Assembly (NCBI GenBank): GCA_963666285.1 | Contig: OY762711.1 | Source: Sedimentisphaerales bacterium | GTDB taxonomy: Bacteria; Planctomycetota; Phycisphaerae; Sedimentisphaerales; SM23-30 | Length of the DNA: 64,000 nucleotides | Strand: one strand, 5' to 3' | Shown: positions 42,274 through 53,250 of the stretch, piece by piece | Numbering within the stretch: the first letter of the stretch is position 1 | How the letters are laid out: each line of letters opens with the position of its first letter | Translations under genes and position numbers: made by a program | The notes under the pieces: model-generated | What the model saw: only the letters and a program-made list of their open reading frames with translations | Database searches by the model: none | Told to the model about the DNA's origin: nothing

Positions 42274-42298
42274 TCAAACTGACCGATGGCCGGTTTGA
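42274..42298. repeat. 25-bp palindromic repeat family TCAAACTGACC-N3-GGTCAGTTTGA (also 38857, 45382, 46977, 62059)
   Basis: Five intergenic copies visible. Confidence 0.7.
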
Positions 42299-42398
42299 GA
42301 GGTATCAGTTGTAAGATATTGGGTATTAGGCATAGAAGCGAGAAGTTAATACCTGACGCCAGTCAAAGTTGAAACCGAGCAAAACCGGAGAATAAATT

Positions 42399-42593
42399 TT
42401 ACAATTTCCATGCCTTAGCGAAAGCCTGGAAGCTTCGGTCGTAAGTTTTTTCGACATTGCCAGGAAATGCGCATGCCGGGAGCTGTTTGTTACGCAGATG
42501 ATACTGGAGGCAGTCGCAGCATACCCCTTTACGTGAGCAGCCGGGATACGAACAATTACAAGATTCCATATTCTTATCTTTTTTACATTCCAT
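42399..42593 (-). CDS. Small Cys-rich protein (DUF6485-like)
   Basis: CNCSYPGCSRKGVCCDC..YH....LPAC.F...EKTYDRS; GGAG RBS. Confidence 0.75.
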   Translation of the reverse strand: MECKKDKNMESCNCSYPGCSRKGVCCDCLQYHLRNKQLPACAFPGNVEKTYDRSFQAFAKAWKL

Positions 42594-42921
42594 ATTAACA
42601 TCTCCGGAAGTTTAACTCTTTTAATATCACACCTTTATAGTGCGGTTTATGCTACGCATCAATATACGGGGAGCTATTTCTCGAAAGTATTTTAATACAA
42701 AGCGTTGCAGAAAGTCCCTTTTAGGCGATTTACCGAAAGGCACTTCGTTATTGCAACTTAAAAACTGCGAAAATTAACTATTGAGCAGCAAAATATTATA
42801 CATATTTTTTGCTTTTGTACAATTGCCAACCATATAATGAGGTGAAAATAAGGTAAGAGTTTATGTATTTAACATAAACAGTAAACAAATAAAAAACTAA
42901 AGATCAAGGAGTACAAAAATT

Positions 42922-43296
42922 ATGGCAAGTGTAAAACTGTATAACAAAACCGGTGATGCAAAAGCTCAGGCAGTTCAGGGTGAATTAGAAAAGGCATTTG
43001 GCGGGCTACCAGAAGTATTTCAGGCGATGGGCCGAAACGGAGATTTCCTGGAAGCCATTCTGGGTCTGGCAGAGAAAGCCGGTGCGGGACTTGACGATAA
43101 GACCAAAGAGCTGATCTGCATCGCGGTAAGTGCGGTTAACGGATGCGGCTATTGCGTAGATGCACATCGAGCGTTAGCATTGAAGGCAGGTGTTACAGAT
43201 GAAGAAGTAACCGCAGCTATCGAAGTTGCTGCAGCAATGAGTGCTTTCAATAAATTTAACGGAGCGATCGGGCTCAATCACGATATAAAAGCGTAA
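42922..43296 (+). CDS. Carboxymuconolactone decarboxylase / AhpD-like protein
   Basis: KELICIAVSAVNGCGYCVDAH. Confidence 0.9.
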   Translation: MASVKLYNKTGDAKAQAVQGELEKAFGGLPEVFQAMGRNGDFLEAILGLAEKAGAGLDDKTKELICIAVSAVNGCGYCVDAHRALALKAGVTDEEVTAAIEVAAAMSAFNKFNGAIGLNHDIKA

Positions 43297-43587
43297 GAAG
43301 AGTTAGGAGAAAGAAGCGAGAAGTTAGAAGTATTTTGTCGCTGAAGCGGCCTTTATAACTGACGCAGAAATTATTGTTATAAATTTTGGGGTGGGAATTA
43401 TTATATGGGGATGGGCGGCAGGCTTTGATTGAGCTTGTCGCCCATATTTTAATAAACGACATAAAGCAGTTAATTAAAAAAAGTGAATAACGAAGAGTTA
43501 AGGTGTCTGCCTAAGGCCGGCCTTGTATTAAATGCTGATACGAAAAGGGATACGGCTGGAGTTGGTTATCCTGAAATTGCGGGATGA

Positions 43588-44436
43588 TTATTTTAACAGG
43601 CCTTCGACGAACTCGCGTGCATCGGCGAGTTTCATTTTATAGGTTTTCCTGGCAAGCTTGGTAGCGGCCATAATATTGCCCCGTTCGGCAAGTTTAATGA
43701 TATTGTCTTCGGCTTTTGCCTTATCCTTTTTGTCACGGCCGGTTGTGTCTATGACTTCTTTTATGGTCGGAGCGACAGTGACATTATATTCACGAAAGGC
43801 ATCGAGTACTTTTTTGATGCCAGGTACAACGATGTCGGTGGGCGAGCGCCATTCGATTCTGACGGTATCTTCATCGACAACGGCGACGGGATAATGGTTA
43901 TTTTTGAAGCTGCCGTGCCTGGTTTTGATCCGCTTTTTACGCTCTTCTTTGATCTGGTCCTTAAGCTGGGTGAGGTCGGGCCTGGCGAAATTTATGTCGA
44001 GGAAGGTGTGGAACGAAGTGCTTGTCGAGTTGCCGGAGCTATAAGCTATTATCCGCTGTTTGGTGATATTGACAGATTTGATTTCGGAGCAGGAGAAGGA
44101 GACAATCTGTTTGTCGTTAGCAGGCAGGTCGGAATTGAGATATGACCTGAACTTGACATAGACGCTGGAAAGCCCGATCGCGAGCAGCCAGTTGGTTTCG
44201 GCGAGAGATTTTCTGAAGTTATTGAAAATGACCCAGATAAAACAAGAAAAGATCAGTATGCAGATCGAAATTATAATCATACCGAATCCGGGTGTGTTTT
44301 TCTGCCAGAGAAACCAGCCCGAACCGATTACTATTGCCAGTATGAGCAGCAGGAATATTAGATTAGCAATTGCTGACTGCTTGAACCTGCGATAGTCGCC
44401 GGTGAGATTGACTTCATTTAAGGAATGCAGAAGCAT
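43588..44436 (-). CDS. Hypothetical membrane protein
   Basis: Two N-terminal TM helices; C-terminal tail resembling L7/L12 C-terminal-like motif (A.KL.R....L.DA.EFVE). Confidence 0.7.
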   Translation of the reverse strand: MLLHSLNEVNLTGDYRRFKQSAIANLIFLLLILAIVIGSGWFLWQKNTPGFGMIIISICILIFSCFIWVIFNNFRKSLAETNWLLAIGLSSVYVKFRSYLNSDLPANDKQIVSFSCSEIKSVNITKQRIIAYSSGNSTSTSFHTFLDINFARPDLTQLKDQIKEERKKRIKTRHGSFKNNHYPVAVVDEDTVRIEWRSPTDIVVPGIKKVLDAFREYNVTVAPTIKEVIDTTGRDKKDKAKAEDNIIKLAERGNIMAATKLARKTYKMKLADAREFVEGLLK

Positions 44437-44576
44437 AATATCTTCCTATCAGAGTATATAATAGATTTCGCACTTTTAGGCGGCCTTTAGTTTCGCTGAG
44501 CCGTTCAGTTTGCACAGGGTAAAAAGCAAACTCGCATACCCTATGCAAACCTGACGGTTATATATGATAACAGACT

Positions 44577-45359
44577 TTATTCGCCCATAAGTTTTTTGAT
44601 AGCAGGCTCCATAGCATCGGCCCAGATCTGATAGCCTTTTTCACGCGGATGGAGCAGGTCGGGCATAATCTCCCTGGTGAGGACATTATCCTTATTGAGA
44701 AATGCACTATTTATATCGAGATAGAAAATATTTTTACCGTCAGCTATGGCAGAGGCAAGAGTGCCGGCACTGTTGTTCTTGGCCCATTGCAAGTTAAACG
44801 GAGCGTCGTGTTTTTTGTCTTTACGCTGGTTAGCATCACCACGCGGGAATATGGCGAGGATGAGGATTTTGGTTTCGGGGAGTCTGCCGCGAATCTCGGC
44901 ACAGATAGCCTTGATGCCGTCAGCAATTTCCTGCGAGGTATTGTCTTCGCCATTTGAATTATTAGTGCCAATCATAATGACGGCAAGTTTGGGATTTATG
45001 CCGTCGAGCTCGCCGTTCTGCAACCGCCAGAGAACATGCTGGGTGCGGTCGCCGCTAAAGCCCATATTGACAGCATTACGGGGAGCATAGTATTTGTCCC
45101 AGATAGCCCTGCCGCTATTTTCCCAGCCGTGAGTAATAGAGTCACCAATCATAATCAGGTCTACATTGCCCTCGGCGTTGCGTTTGATGATGTTTTCATG
45201 GCGAGGCATCCACCAGTTCTGGTCCGGGCGTGGAGCCGGGGTAACGGCAGAATGAGTTTTGCCCTCAAGGCCAAATGGATCTTTGGGCTGGGACTCCATA
45301 CATCCGGTAAATGCTACCATCATAATTAGAGCCAGAGAGACAAATGCGTTTTTTTTCAT
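44577..45359 (-). CDS. SGNH/GDSL hydrolase lipoprotein (PAF-acetylhydrolase IB-like)
   Basis: GDSIT, GFSGDRT, IGTNN, DLLHP; lipobox FTGC. Confidence 0.92.
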   Translation of the reverse strand: MKKNAFVSLALIMMVAFTGCMESQPKDPFGLEGKTHSAVTPAPRPDQNWWMPRHENIIKRNAEGNVDLIMIGDSITHGWENSGRAIWDKYYAPRNAVNMGFSGDRTQHVLWRLQNGELDGINPKLAVIMIGTNNSNGEDNTSQEIADGIKAICAEIRGRLPETKILILAIFPRGDANQRKDKKHDAPFNLQWAKNNSAGTLASAIADGKNIFYLDINSAFLNKDNVLTREIMPDLLHPREKGYQIWADAMEPAIKKLMGE

Positions 45360-45814
45360 TTTGGTTCCTTTCGTTTGATGTTCAAACTGACTGATATCAG
45401 CTTGAACAGGTATATAGGTATTAATAAAAGTGAATAACTAAGAGTGAAAAGTTCTGGTGTTCACATCGTTCACACATAATTTAAAGCTAACGCAAAAATA
45501 TTTACTTTACAATTCATTACAATAAAATAATTTACAGCAAGGCCATTGATATTCTTCGATGAACTCAGGGCAGGCGGAAAACTTATTTAAATTGTTATAT
45601 AATTGACCGTATTAATGTTGCAATTTTGAGATAATTACATTTTTCTATAATTCATTACATTTATATTTTAGCAACTTAAAATATGATTGCCATTGTTTTA
45701 AAATCATGAACTATTAAACTATTCTTTTAGTATAAAAATATGGAAACCTAGAAGAATTCATTTTGAGCAAAAGAAGATTCTTTTGTTTTCCGGTCAATTT
45801 GAGCTAATAAAAAC

Positions 45815-46222
45815 ATGATGAAATCACAAATTAATCGAAATCGTATATGGTATATATTATTGTTTGCAGGAGCGATAGCAGCCGGCCTGCTATCGCGCAG
45901 TAAATATATATCGCTGCCGAAGTTCATTTCTGAATATTCAGGCGATACAATCTGGGCAATGATGGTGTATTTCCTGTTTTGCAGTATATTTACAAAATGG
46001 AAGACGTTACATATATTTATCCTGGCGATAATATTCAGTTATGCGATAGAATTTTCGCAGCTTTATCATGCCGACTGGATAGACCAGATAAGGCGATACC
46101 GGATCGGCGGGCTTATACTGGGGTTTGGCTTTAAGTTCAGTGACCTGGTATGCTATACAGTCGGGATAGGGGCCGGTGCGATAATAGATATTATTTTGAA
46201 TTCGAGCAAGACAAAAAAATAG
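45815..46222 (+). CDS. DUF2809-like membrane protein
   Basis: YSGDTIWAMMVY, IEFSQLYH..W, LILG.GF..SDLVCY..G. Confidence 0.8.
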   Translation: MMKSQINRNRIWYILLFAGAIAAGLLSRSKYISLPKFISEYSGDTIWAMMVYFLFCSIFTKWKTLHIFILAIIFSYAIEFSQLYHADWIDQIRRYRIGGLILGFGFKFSDLVCYTVGIGAGAIIDIILNSSKTKK

Positions 46223-46312
46223 TCAGAATAATAACATTTGCATTATTCTAACATAATCTGCTACAATCTATTGTAAATTGGAACAGAGAACTATAAAGAG
46301 AGTGCATGCCTT

Positions 46313-46966
46313 ATGAATAATACGATAGAAGACAAGATATACAGTTATTCTACAGATGAACAGATAGCCAGCGCGATAAGCCACGGAATAGGAGCGATGC
46401 TGGCGATTGCCGGGCTGGTGGTGCTGGTAGTATCGGCAGCATTGCAAGGCAGTGCGATAAAAGTCGTGAGTTTTTCGATATACGGGGCATCGCTGTTTAT
46501 ACTAATGCTCTGTTCGACGCTGTACCATTCGATCCCGCATATCCCGACCCAGCGAATCCTGCGTATTTTTGACCACAGTTCGATATATCTGCTGATTGCA
46601 GGGACGTACACGCCGTTTGCACTAGTGACAATAGACGGCGGCTGGGGCTGGAGTCTATTTGGCGTAATATGGGGCCTGGCGATATTCGGCATTATAATGA
46701 AGATATTCTTCACCGGCCGGTTTGAGAAGCTCAGCCTGCTGACGTATGGATTGATGGGCTGGCTGGTAGTAATAGCAATTAAGCCGTTTATCTCTTCTAT
46801 TTCAACTGTCGGTTTATGTCTAACTGTAGCAGGAGGAGTGGTTTATACCGCCGGGATAGTATTTTACGCGGTCGAGAAAATAAAGTACAACCATGCCATC
46901 TGGCACCTGTTTGTATTAGGCGGCGCAGTGTGTCATTTCTTTGCGATATATCTTTCAGTGCTTTAG
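46313..46966 (+). CDS. Hemolysin III family (PAQR) membrane protein
   Basis: SHGIG, STLYH, DHSSIYLLIAGTYTP, HAIWHLFVLGG..CHF. Confidence 0.93.
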   Translation: MNNTIEDKIYSYSTDEQIASAISHGIGAMLAIAGLVVLVVSAALQGSAIKVVSFSIYGASLFILMLCSTLYHSIPHIPTQRILRIFDHSSIYLLIAGTYTPFALVTIDGGWGWSLFGVIWGLAIFGIIMKIFFTGRFEKLSLLTYGLMGWLVVIAIKPFISSISTVGLCLTVAGGVVYTAGIVFYAVEKIKYNHAIWHLFVLGGAVCHFFAIYLSVL

Positions 46967-47365
46967 AATCAGTTACTCGAACTGACTAATTGGCCAGTAT
47001 GTAAGTTATTATTTACCAGGCATTTGGTATTTACAGCTGATATATATCGAACATCTTTGAAATATATGATCCCAACCAATTCACACCCAAGCATATTAAT
47101 AGTTTCTCCTTGCGGTTGTTAAGGCATAAGTCTAAATACACGATAAGGTAAAAGTGCAGCGCGAAATAATAAAGCTGTAATACCCCACTGGGCGGGGGAA
47201 GATTAATAATCGCCATAACTACCTATAAATAATAACCTTGCTGATACAGGTAAAAATTTTTTGGTTAATTAGACCGAAAAATGGTCATTTATTAGTAGAG
47301 AGAATGAGTATTGTCGCTGTAAAGGCAATAGAAAAGTAACTGTAGAGCAGGTAAAGGAACTCGAG

Positions 47366-50300
47366 ATGAAATTCAAACTACTTCTTCTTATGTTAGTATT
47401 TTCGCTTTGCTGTCCGGCGATGGCATGGGAAATGAAACAAGGCCCGCTGATGACTCGCTGGGCCAGCCAAATTGACGTTAATAACCCATTTCCTGACTAC
47501 CCAAAGCCACAGATGGTGCGTGCTGAGTGGCTGAACCTGAACGGCATCTGGCAGTTCCAGTCCGGCTCTGAAGGAGATGCAGCACCAATTGGCCAGAACC
47601 TGTCTGATGAAATTTTGGTGCCATTTGCGATGGAGTCGGCAATATCAGGTGTAATGGAACATCATGAGAGAGCCTGGTATCGCAGGACATTTGAAGTTCC
47701 CGCCGGATGGTCTGATAAAAATATAATTCTACACCTGGACGCCGTGGACTGGGAATCAGAAATTTTTGTAAACGGCAACAGTGCAGCAGTACATCAGGGT
47801 GGTTACGACCCAATAATACTGGACATTACACCGTACCTGACCGCAAGCGGACCACAGGAGTTGATAGTAAGAGTATATGATGCAACAGACTACCTGGGCG
47901 TACCACGCGGCAAACAGACACTTTACCCGGGTGGAATCATGTACACCTCGGTAAGCGGCATCTGGCAGAGCGTGTGGCTGGAACCGGTTGCCCCAGCCGG
48001 AATCGAAAACATCAGGATGGTACCAGACATAGATACAGCAACACTGAACCTTCGAGTAAACAGTTATTCTGATGCCGGTAATCTTACAACAAATATTATA
48101 GTTAAAAGTGAAGGTCAGGAAGTAACAAGTATCTCCGGCAATGCCAACACTGACCTGACGATCTCAATTCCTGACCAGCGATTGTGGTCACCTGATGATC
48201 CGTTCCTTTATGACCTTGAAATTACATTGCTGGAAGACGGTAGTCCAATTGATTATATCGAGAGTTACTTTGGCATGCGTAAATCATCACTGGGAATAGA
48301 TGATGACGGTATAATAAAGATGTTTTTGAATAATGAGTTTGTCTTCCAGATGGGTCCGCTGGACCAGGGCTGGTGGCCGGACGGTTTGTATACCGCTCCA
48401 ACAGAAGAAGCTTTGAAATATGATATTGAGATGACCAAGGCTTACGGTTTTAATATGACACGTAAGCATATCAAGGTTGAGCCGGCGAGATGGTATTACT
48501 GGTGTGATAAGATTGGAATTATGGTATGGCAGGATATGCCGAGCTCGAACTCTTATACGGGAAACCCTCAGCCGATCCAGGAAGCCCAGTTTGAGCTGGA
48601 GCTGGACCGCATGATGGATAATTTATGGAATGTGCCATCGATTATCAGCTGGGTAGTATTTAACGAAAGCCAGGGCCAGCATAATACAGAATACTATGTA
48701 AATAAGGTAAAGGCCAAAGATCCAAGCCGCCTGGTAAACCAGGCCAGCGGCGGCAGTCATTATGGTGTTGGCGACATTCTTGACTACCACAGCTATCCGC
48801 CACCAAACTATCCGGTAAGTGATACCATGGCGCGCGCGTGTGGTGAATACGGTGGAATCGGTTATATAATAGACGGTCATTTATGGAACCCTGACCTGGC
48901 AACGGGAATCTATTCAAACACAAATAACGCCATGGAGCAGATGAACCGTTACGATGAATATATCGATATGCTGCTGAATTTCAAAGTTAACTATGGCCTG
49001 AGCGCGGCGGTATACACAGAGATAACCGACGTAGAAAATGAAGTTAACGGTTTGATGACATATGACCGTACAATAAAACAGAATGTCCAGACAATCGCAA
49101 ATTCGAATACAAAAGCGATCACCGGCGATATCGAAATCAGCGTAATAGTACCAAACTCAAGTGACAATCGTCAGAGATGGTCATACACGACCAATGAGCC
49201 ATCAGGTAACTGGTATGAAACTGATTTTGACGTCAGCAGCTGGAGCAGCGGTTATGCGGGATTCGGCGGAGATAACCCGCCCAATGCGAATATTCGCACC
49301 ACATGGAACACAGCAGATATCTGGCTCCGCAGAGAATTCGAACTTGGCAGCCTGTCCCCTGCGGAGGTAGAACTACTGGTTCTGGATATGTATCATGATG
49401 AAGATTGCGAGGTATATATCAACGGCGTACTCGCGTCAGAGAGAACCGGTTATGTAACCAACTATACCCCGATACAAATATCAAGCGAAGCTAAATCCGC
49501 ATTGATATTAAACGGGACAAATACAATTGCCATCCACTGTCATCAGACAACGGGCGGACAGTATATTGATGCCGGGTTATCGACTGTCAAGGTGCTAGTA
49601 AACGCACCGTTTGTGCCGGAAGACTATATAGGCTGGTGGCAGCTGGAAGAAACGTCAGGTACAACAGCAGCAGATATCGCGGGTAATAATAACGGAACGG
49701 TTAGCGGAGCAAGCTGGTCCAGTTCTGGAAAGATCGGCAGCTGTATCTCATTTGACGGGATAGACGATTATGTCGAGATCGAACGCCAAATAGCAGATAA
49801 TTTCAGTATCTCATTCTGGGCAAAGACAAGTCAGACAGCCGCAGGCAGCGAACAATGGTGGCAAGGAAACGGAATAATAGATGCCGATATACCATTCCAG
49901 GCAGATGATTTCGGGATAACATTGTTTAACAATACATTTGCTTTTGGCGTAGGAAACCAGGATAAGACAATCGTAGGTTCAACAGTAGTAAATGACGGGG
50001 CCTGGCATCATTGTACAGCAACCCGCAATTCAGAGAGCGGATTAATAAGCCTGTATATAGATGGTGTTCTGCAAGCCCAGGATTATGCAAATACCGCAGC
50101 ATTGACATCATCTGCAACAATAAAATTCGGAACTATGAACCCAATCGAACATTTTTATGAAGGTCAGTTGGACGAAGTAAAAATATATGACAGGGAACTG
50201 GGCGATAAGGAAATCATGGCGTTATTTGCTAATACAAATTCCGCTCCAGAAGCTCCGACAGATATCGACGCTTATGATGCCAGTCAGTCGGTAACAATAG

Positions 50301-51646
50301 TATGGGCCGATACATTTGCAGCGTCAAGCTACAATATCAAACGAGCAACAACATCAGGCGGACCGTATACCACAATAGCAAACGTAACAGATAACAGTTA
50401 CATAGATAACAGCCTGGATTTTGATACCAGATATTATTATGTTGTAACCGCGTTGAACCCAGCCGGTGAATCCTCTAACTCAGATGAAGTAAGCACTATT
50501 ACAGTACGGCTGAAAGTCCATTATGATGCAAGCTCTCTTGCTGGAATGACAGATGGGGCAAGGGTAAGCAGCTGGGAAGATCTAACCGGGAATGGTTTTG
50601 ACGCGACCCAGGCGAGTTACCAGCATTGCCCGTATTTTAAACAGACAGCAGCGAACGGACACCCGGCGGTATTCTTTTCAAATTCAGCAGAAACATTTAT
50701 GGAGCTGGCCCGCCCGGTAGCAAATGACTTTTCGATAGTGATAGTATTCCAAAGTAACGGAGGCATAAGTACCAGCACAAACTTTTATGATGGTGCGGGT
50801 CTGATAAACGGCGAGAAATCCGGCGTTACAACCGACTATGGAATGGCGATCAATGCCAACGGCAGAGTAATCGCCGGAACCGGTTCGCCGGATGTTAGTG
50901 CGTATTCCGAGCCGGGATATGCAGATTCTCAGCCGCACATAGCGACATTTATTCGCGAACAGGCTACAGGTCAATTATCATTATACGTTGACGGTGTATA
51001 TGCCGGCGGCGCAACAGGCTCAACCGCCCCACTGACAGCACCATCAAGACTAACTATAGGTTCGCAGCAGACAGAGATCAATTACTTGAATGCAAATATC
51101 TTTGAGATCCTGATCTACAATGTAGCCATTGATAGTACTGAAAGAACTGAACTGGAAGAAAAATTGAAAAGAACGTATATCGATGGGTATCCGGGTCAGG
51201 CAACAATTATCAGCCCGGAACATAACCAGGTAAATGTATCGGTAAATACCGTTCTGCAGTGGAATGCCGGGTCAGGCGCGCAGACGCATAAGGTTCGCCT
51301 GGGATATTCACTGCCAATTTCCGAAGCAGCTGAAATCAGTACAACCGAATTTCAGCCTGACACGCTGGAGTATAACAAAACATATTACTGGACGGTCGAG
51401 GAAGTCAACGGCACAGGCACAACGTTAAACGACTCTTACTGGCGATTTACAACAGCGATAGCGGGCGACCTGGAGCTGGACGGTGATGTCGACATGGCGG
51501 ACTTAGCTTTATTACTATCCGGCTGGCTAGACAGCTGCAGTGAATCGAACAGCTGGTGCGACAACCTCGATATCGACACAAGCACAAGAGTGGATATGGG
51601 CGATATCCAGGCGATTGCCGAAAACTGGATGGTAAAAGCAAATTAG
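47366..51646 (+). CDS. Secreted GH2 glycoside hydrolase with LamG, FN3 and dockerin-like domains
   Basis: LNLNGIW, SGIWQSVWLE, LDQGWWPDG, RKHIKVE, WVVFNES, GEYGG; LamG (WHH..LYIDG), FN3 (YYYVVTA), GDLELDGDVDMADL. Confidence 0.92.
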   Translation: MKFKLLLLMLVFSLCCPAMAWEMKQGPLMTRWASQIDVNNPFPDYPKPQMVRAEWLNLNGIWQFQSGSEGDAAPIGQNLSDEILVPFAMESAISGVMEHHERAWYRRTFEVPAGWSDKNIILHLDAVDWESEIFVNGNSAAVHQGGYDPIILDITPYLTASGPQELIVRVYDATDYLGVPRGKQTLYPGGIMYTSVSGIWQSVWLEPVAPAGIENIRMVPDIDTATLNLRVNSYSDAGNLTTNIIVKSEGQEVTSISGNANTDLTISIPDQRLWSPDDPFLYDLEITLLEDGSPIDYIESYFGMRKSSLGIDDDGIIKMFLNNEFVFQMGPLDQGWWPDGLYTAPTEEALKYDIEMTKAYGFNMTRKHIKVEPARWYYWCDKIGIMVWQDMPSSNSYTGNPQPIQEAQFELELDRMMDNLWNVPSIISWVVFNESQGQHNTEYYVNKVKAKDPSRLVNQASGGSHYGVGDILDYHSYPPPNYPVSDTMARACGEYGGIGYIIDGHLWNPDLATGIYSNTNNAMEQMNRYDEYIDMLLNFKVNYGLSAAVYTEITDVENEVNGLMTYDRTIKQNVQTIANSNTKAITGDIEISVIVPNSSDNRQRWSYTTNEPSGNWYETDFDVSSWSSGYAGFGGDNPPNANIRTTWNTADIWLRREFELGSLSPAEVELLVLDMYHDEDCEVYINGVLASERTGYVTNYTPIQISSEAKSALILNGTNTIAIHCHQTTGGQYIDAGLSTVKVLVNAPFVPEDYIGWWQLEETSGTTAADIAGNNNGTVSGASWSSSGKIGSCISFDGIDDYVEIERQIADNFSISFWAKTSQTAAGSEQWWQGNGIIDADIPFQADDFGITLFNNTFAFGVGNQDKTIVGSTVVNDGAWHHCTATRNSESGLISLYIDGVLQAQDYANTAALTSSATIKFGTMNPIEHFYEGQLDEVKIYDRELGDKEIMALFANTNSAPEAPTDIDAYDASQSVTIVWADTFAASSYNIKRATTSGGPYTTIANVTDNSYIDNSLDFDTRYYYVVTALNPAGESSNSDEVSTITVRLKVHYDASSLAGMTDGARVSSWEDLTGNGFDATQASYQHCPYFKQTAANGHPAVFFSNSAETFMELARPVANDFSIVIVFQSNGGISTSTNFYDGAGLINGEKSGVTTDYGMAINANGRVIAGTGSPDVSAYSEPGYADSQPHIATFIREQATGQLSLYVDGVYAGGATGSTAPLTAPSRLTIGSQQTEINYLNANIFEILIYNVAIDSTERTELEEKLKRTYIDGYPGQATIISPEHNQVNVSVNTVLQWNAGSGAQTHKVRLGYSLPISEAAEISTTEFQPDTLEYNKTYYWTVEEVNGTGTTLNDSYWRFTTAIAGDLELDGDVDMADLALLLSGWLDSCSESNSWCDNLDIDTSTRVDMGDIQAIAENWMVKAN

Positions 51647-51675
51647 AAATATTCATTCCTACACCTTAAAATCCG

Positions 51676-51708
51676 AAAAGCGGCAGTAAATAACTGCTGC
51701 TTTATTTT
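51676..51708 (+). terminator. Intrinsic terminator after GH2 gene
   Basis: AAAGCGGCAGT-AAATA-ACTGCTGCTTT followed by a T-rich tail. Confidence 0.75.
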
Positions 51709-51754
51709 GTTTATAGTCCAGTAACATAAGATATCAAAATAAGCAAAATATATA

Positions 51755-51782
51755 TTGACATTGTGGGAAAAAGTGATAATAT
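51755..51782 (+). promoter_or_regulatory. sigma70-type promoter of the polyamine operon
   Basis: TTGACA-16-TAATAT with TG extension. Confidence 0.6.
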
Positions 51783-51787
51783 GATGC

Positions 51788-51986
51788 GTCTCGAATGAGA
51801 TAGTCGCGAGTTAACTGGTGTGGTGCCAGCGCGGCGATACCATATTATGGAGAATATGGCTTAATTGCTACGAATCTCATTGAGACCTGACTGTAGCTAA
51901 CTAAGTAAACTTTGGGGTATAAAAGTTGACTTAAAAAGGACAGGAAGCTCAAGAATAAGTAGTGTTTACTCTTTTTGCAGTGAGGG
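51788..51986 (+). ncRNA. Structured 5' leader of speD (candidate cis-regulatory RNA)
   Basis: GTCTC.AATGAGAT/ATCTCATTGAGAC closing stem with two internal hairpins; second domain ends at the RBS. Confidence 0.5.
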
Positions 51987-51996
51987 TTTATGCGAA

Positions 51997-52401
51997 TTGG
52001 AAGAGACTGTCTCAGCACCTGCTACCCAGTATGTGGGAACCAATGGCTACGTTAGTTATACTGGCGTACATCTCATCATTGACCTCTGGAAAGCAGAGAA
52101 CCTAACCAGCGTAAGCGAAATCGAGCGCATTTTCCGTCAAGCCGTAGAAGATTGTGATGCAACATTGCTGCATATCTATCTACACGAATTTGACGGCGGC
52201 GGCGTAACCGGTGTCGCAGTATTGTCGGAATCTCATATCAGTATCCATACCTGGCCGGAATTTGAATATGCGGCCCTGGACATTTTCCTATGTGGAACGA
52301 AAGACCCATATCGGGCCTTGAATGCCATAAAGGAAGGTTTCCGAGCGGCCAATATGCAGATAACGGAGCATAAGAGAGGAGTACTGAATGACTCAATTTA
52401 A
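51997..52401 (+). CDS. speD: S-adenosylmethionine decarboxylase proenzyme (class 1B)
   Basis: GVHLIIDLW, GVTGVAVLSESHISIHTWPE (pyruvoyl cleavage site), DIFLCG. Confidence 0.93.
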   Translation: MEETVSAPATQYVGTNGYVSYTGVHLIIDLWKAENLTSVSEIERIFRQAVEDCDATLLHIYLHEFDGGGVTGVAVLSESHISIHTWPEFEYAALDIFLCGTKDPYRALNAIKEGFRAANMQITEHKRGVLNDSI

Positions 52402-53248
52402 CGGAACCTGGGCTCATGAAATATGGGATTGCGGTTTTTCCGGCGGCTATGAGATTATCGACGAACTTCATGGCGAAAAAACCCCATTTCAGAATATGCG
52501 ATTTGTGAACAGCAAGATGTTCGGCAAAATGCTGATTCTGGACGGTTTTGTACAAACAACTGAAAAAGATGAGTTTGTATACCATGAGATGATGACCCAT
52601 ATGCCAATGGTTTGCCATGGCAATGCCAAGAATGTTCTGATAATCGGCGGCGGCGACGGCGGAATCCTCCGCGAAGTACTACGACACAAGTCCGTAGAAA
52701 AAGCTGTTATGGTCGAGATTGACCAGCGTGTAATCGACTTCAGTAAGGAATACCTGCCCAGCATAAGCGACGGAGCGTTTGACGACCCACGCACTGAGCT
52801 GGTAATTGCTGACGGAGCAGAATACGTAAAGAATACCGATCAGAAATTCGATGTCGTAATAGTTGACTCATCCGACCCGATAGGTCCGGCAACAGTATTA
52901 TTCACGGGCGAATTCTACCAGAATATAGCGAACATCCTAACCGAAAATGGTTTTATGTCTCGTCAGTGCGGATCAAGCTGGGGCCAGCCGGAAGAGCTTG
53001 CCGAAGCATGCAAGCTGGTCAGGCCGATCTTTGCTTATTCGACAGCCTATGCATATGCTGTGCCAACTTATATTGGCGGACTATTTACCACGATCTTATG
53101 CTCAAAAGGCACAGACCCACACAGCCTGGACCTGGAAGAGCTAAGATCACGAGCGTCATATCTGGAGGGGATAACCAGATACTATAACCCCGGCATACAC
53201 TTTGGGGCATTGCAACTGCCCGGTTATATAAAAGAGAGGGTCCAATAA
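52388..53248 (+). CDS. speE: Spermidine synthase / polyamine aminopropyltransferase
   Basis: LDG.VQ.TEKDEFVYHEM, LIIGGGDGG, VEID, DSSDPIGP. Confidence 0.95.
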   Translation: MTQFNGTWAHEIWDCGFSGGYEIIDELHGEKTPFQNMRFVNSKMFGKMLILDGFVQTTEKDEFVYHEMMTHMPMVCHGNAKNVLIIGGGDGGILREVLRHKSVEKAVMVEIDQRVIDFSKEYLPSISDGAFDDPRTELVIADGAEYVKNTDQKFDVVIVDSSDPIGPATVLFTGEFYQNIANILTENGFMSRQCGSSWGQPEELAEACKLVRPIFAYSTAYAYAVPTYIGGLFTTILCSKGTDPHSLDLEELRSRASYLEGITRYYNPGIHFGALQLPGYIKERVQ

Positions 53249-53250
53249 CA

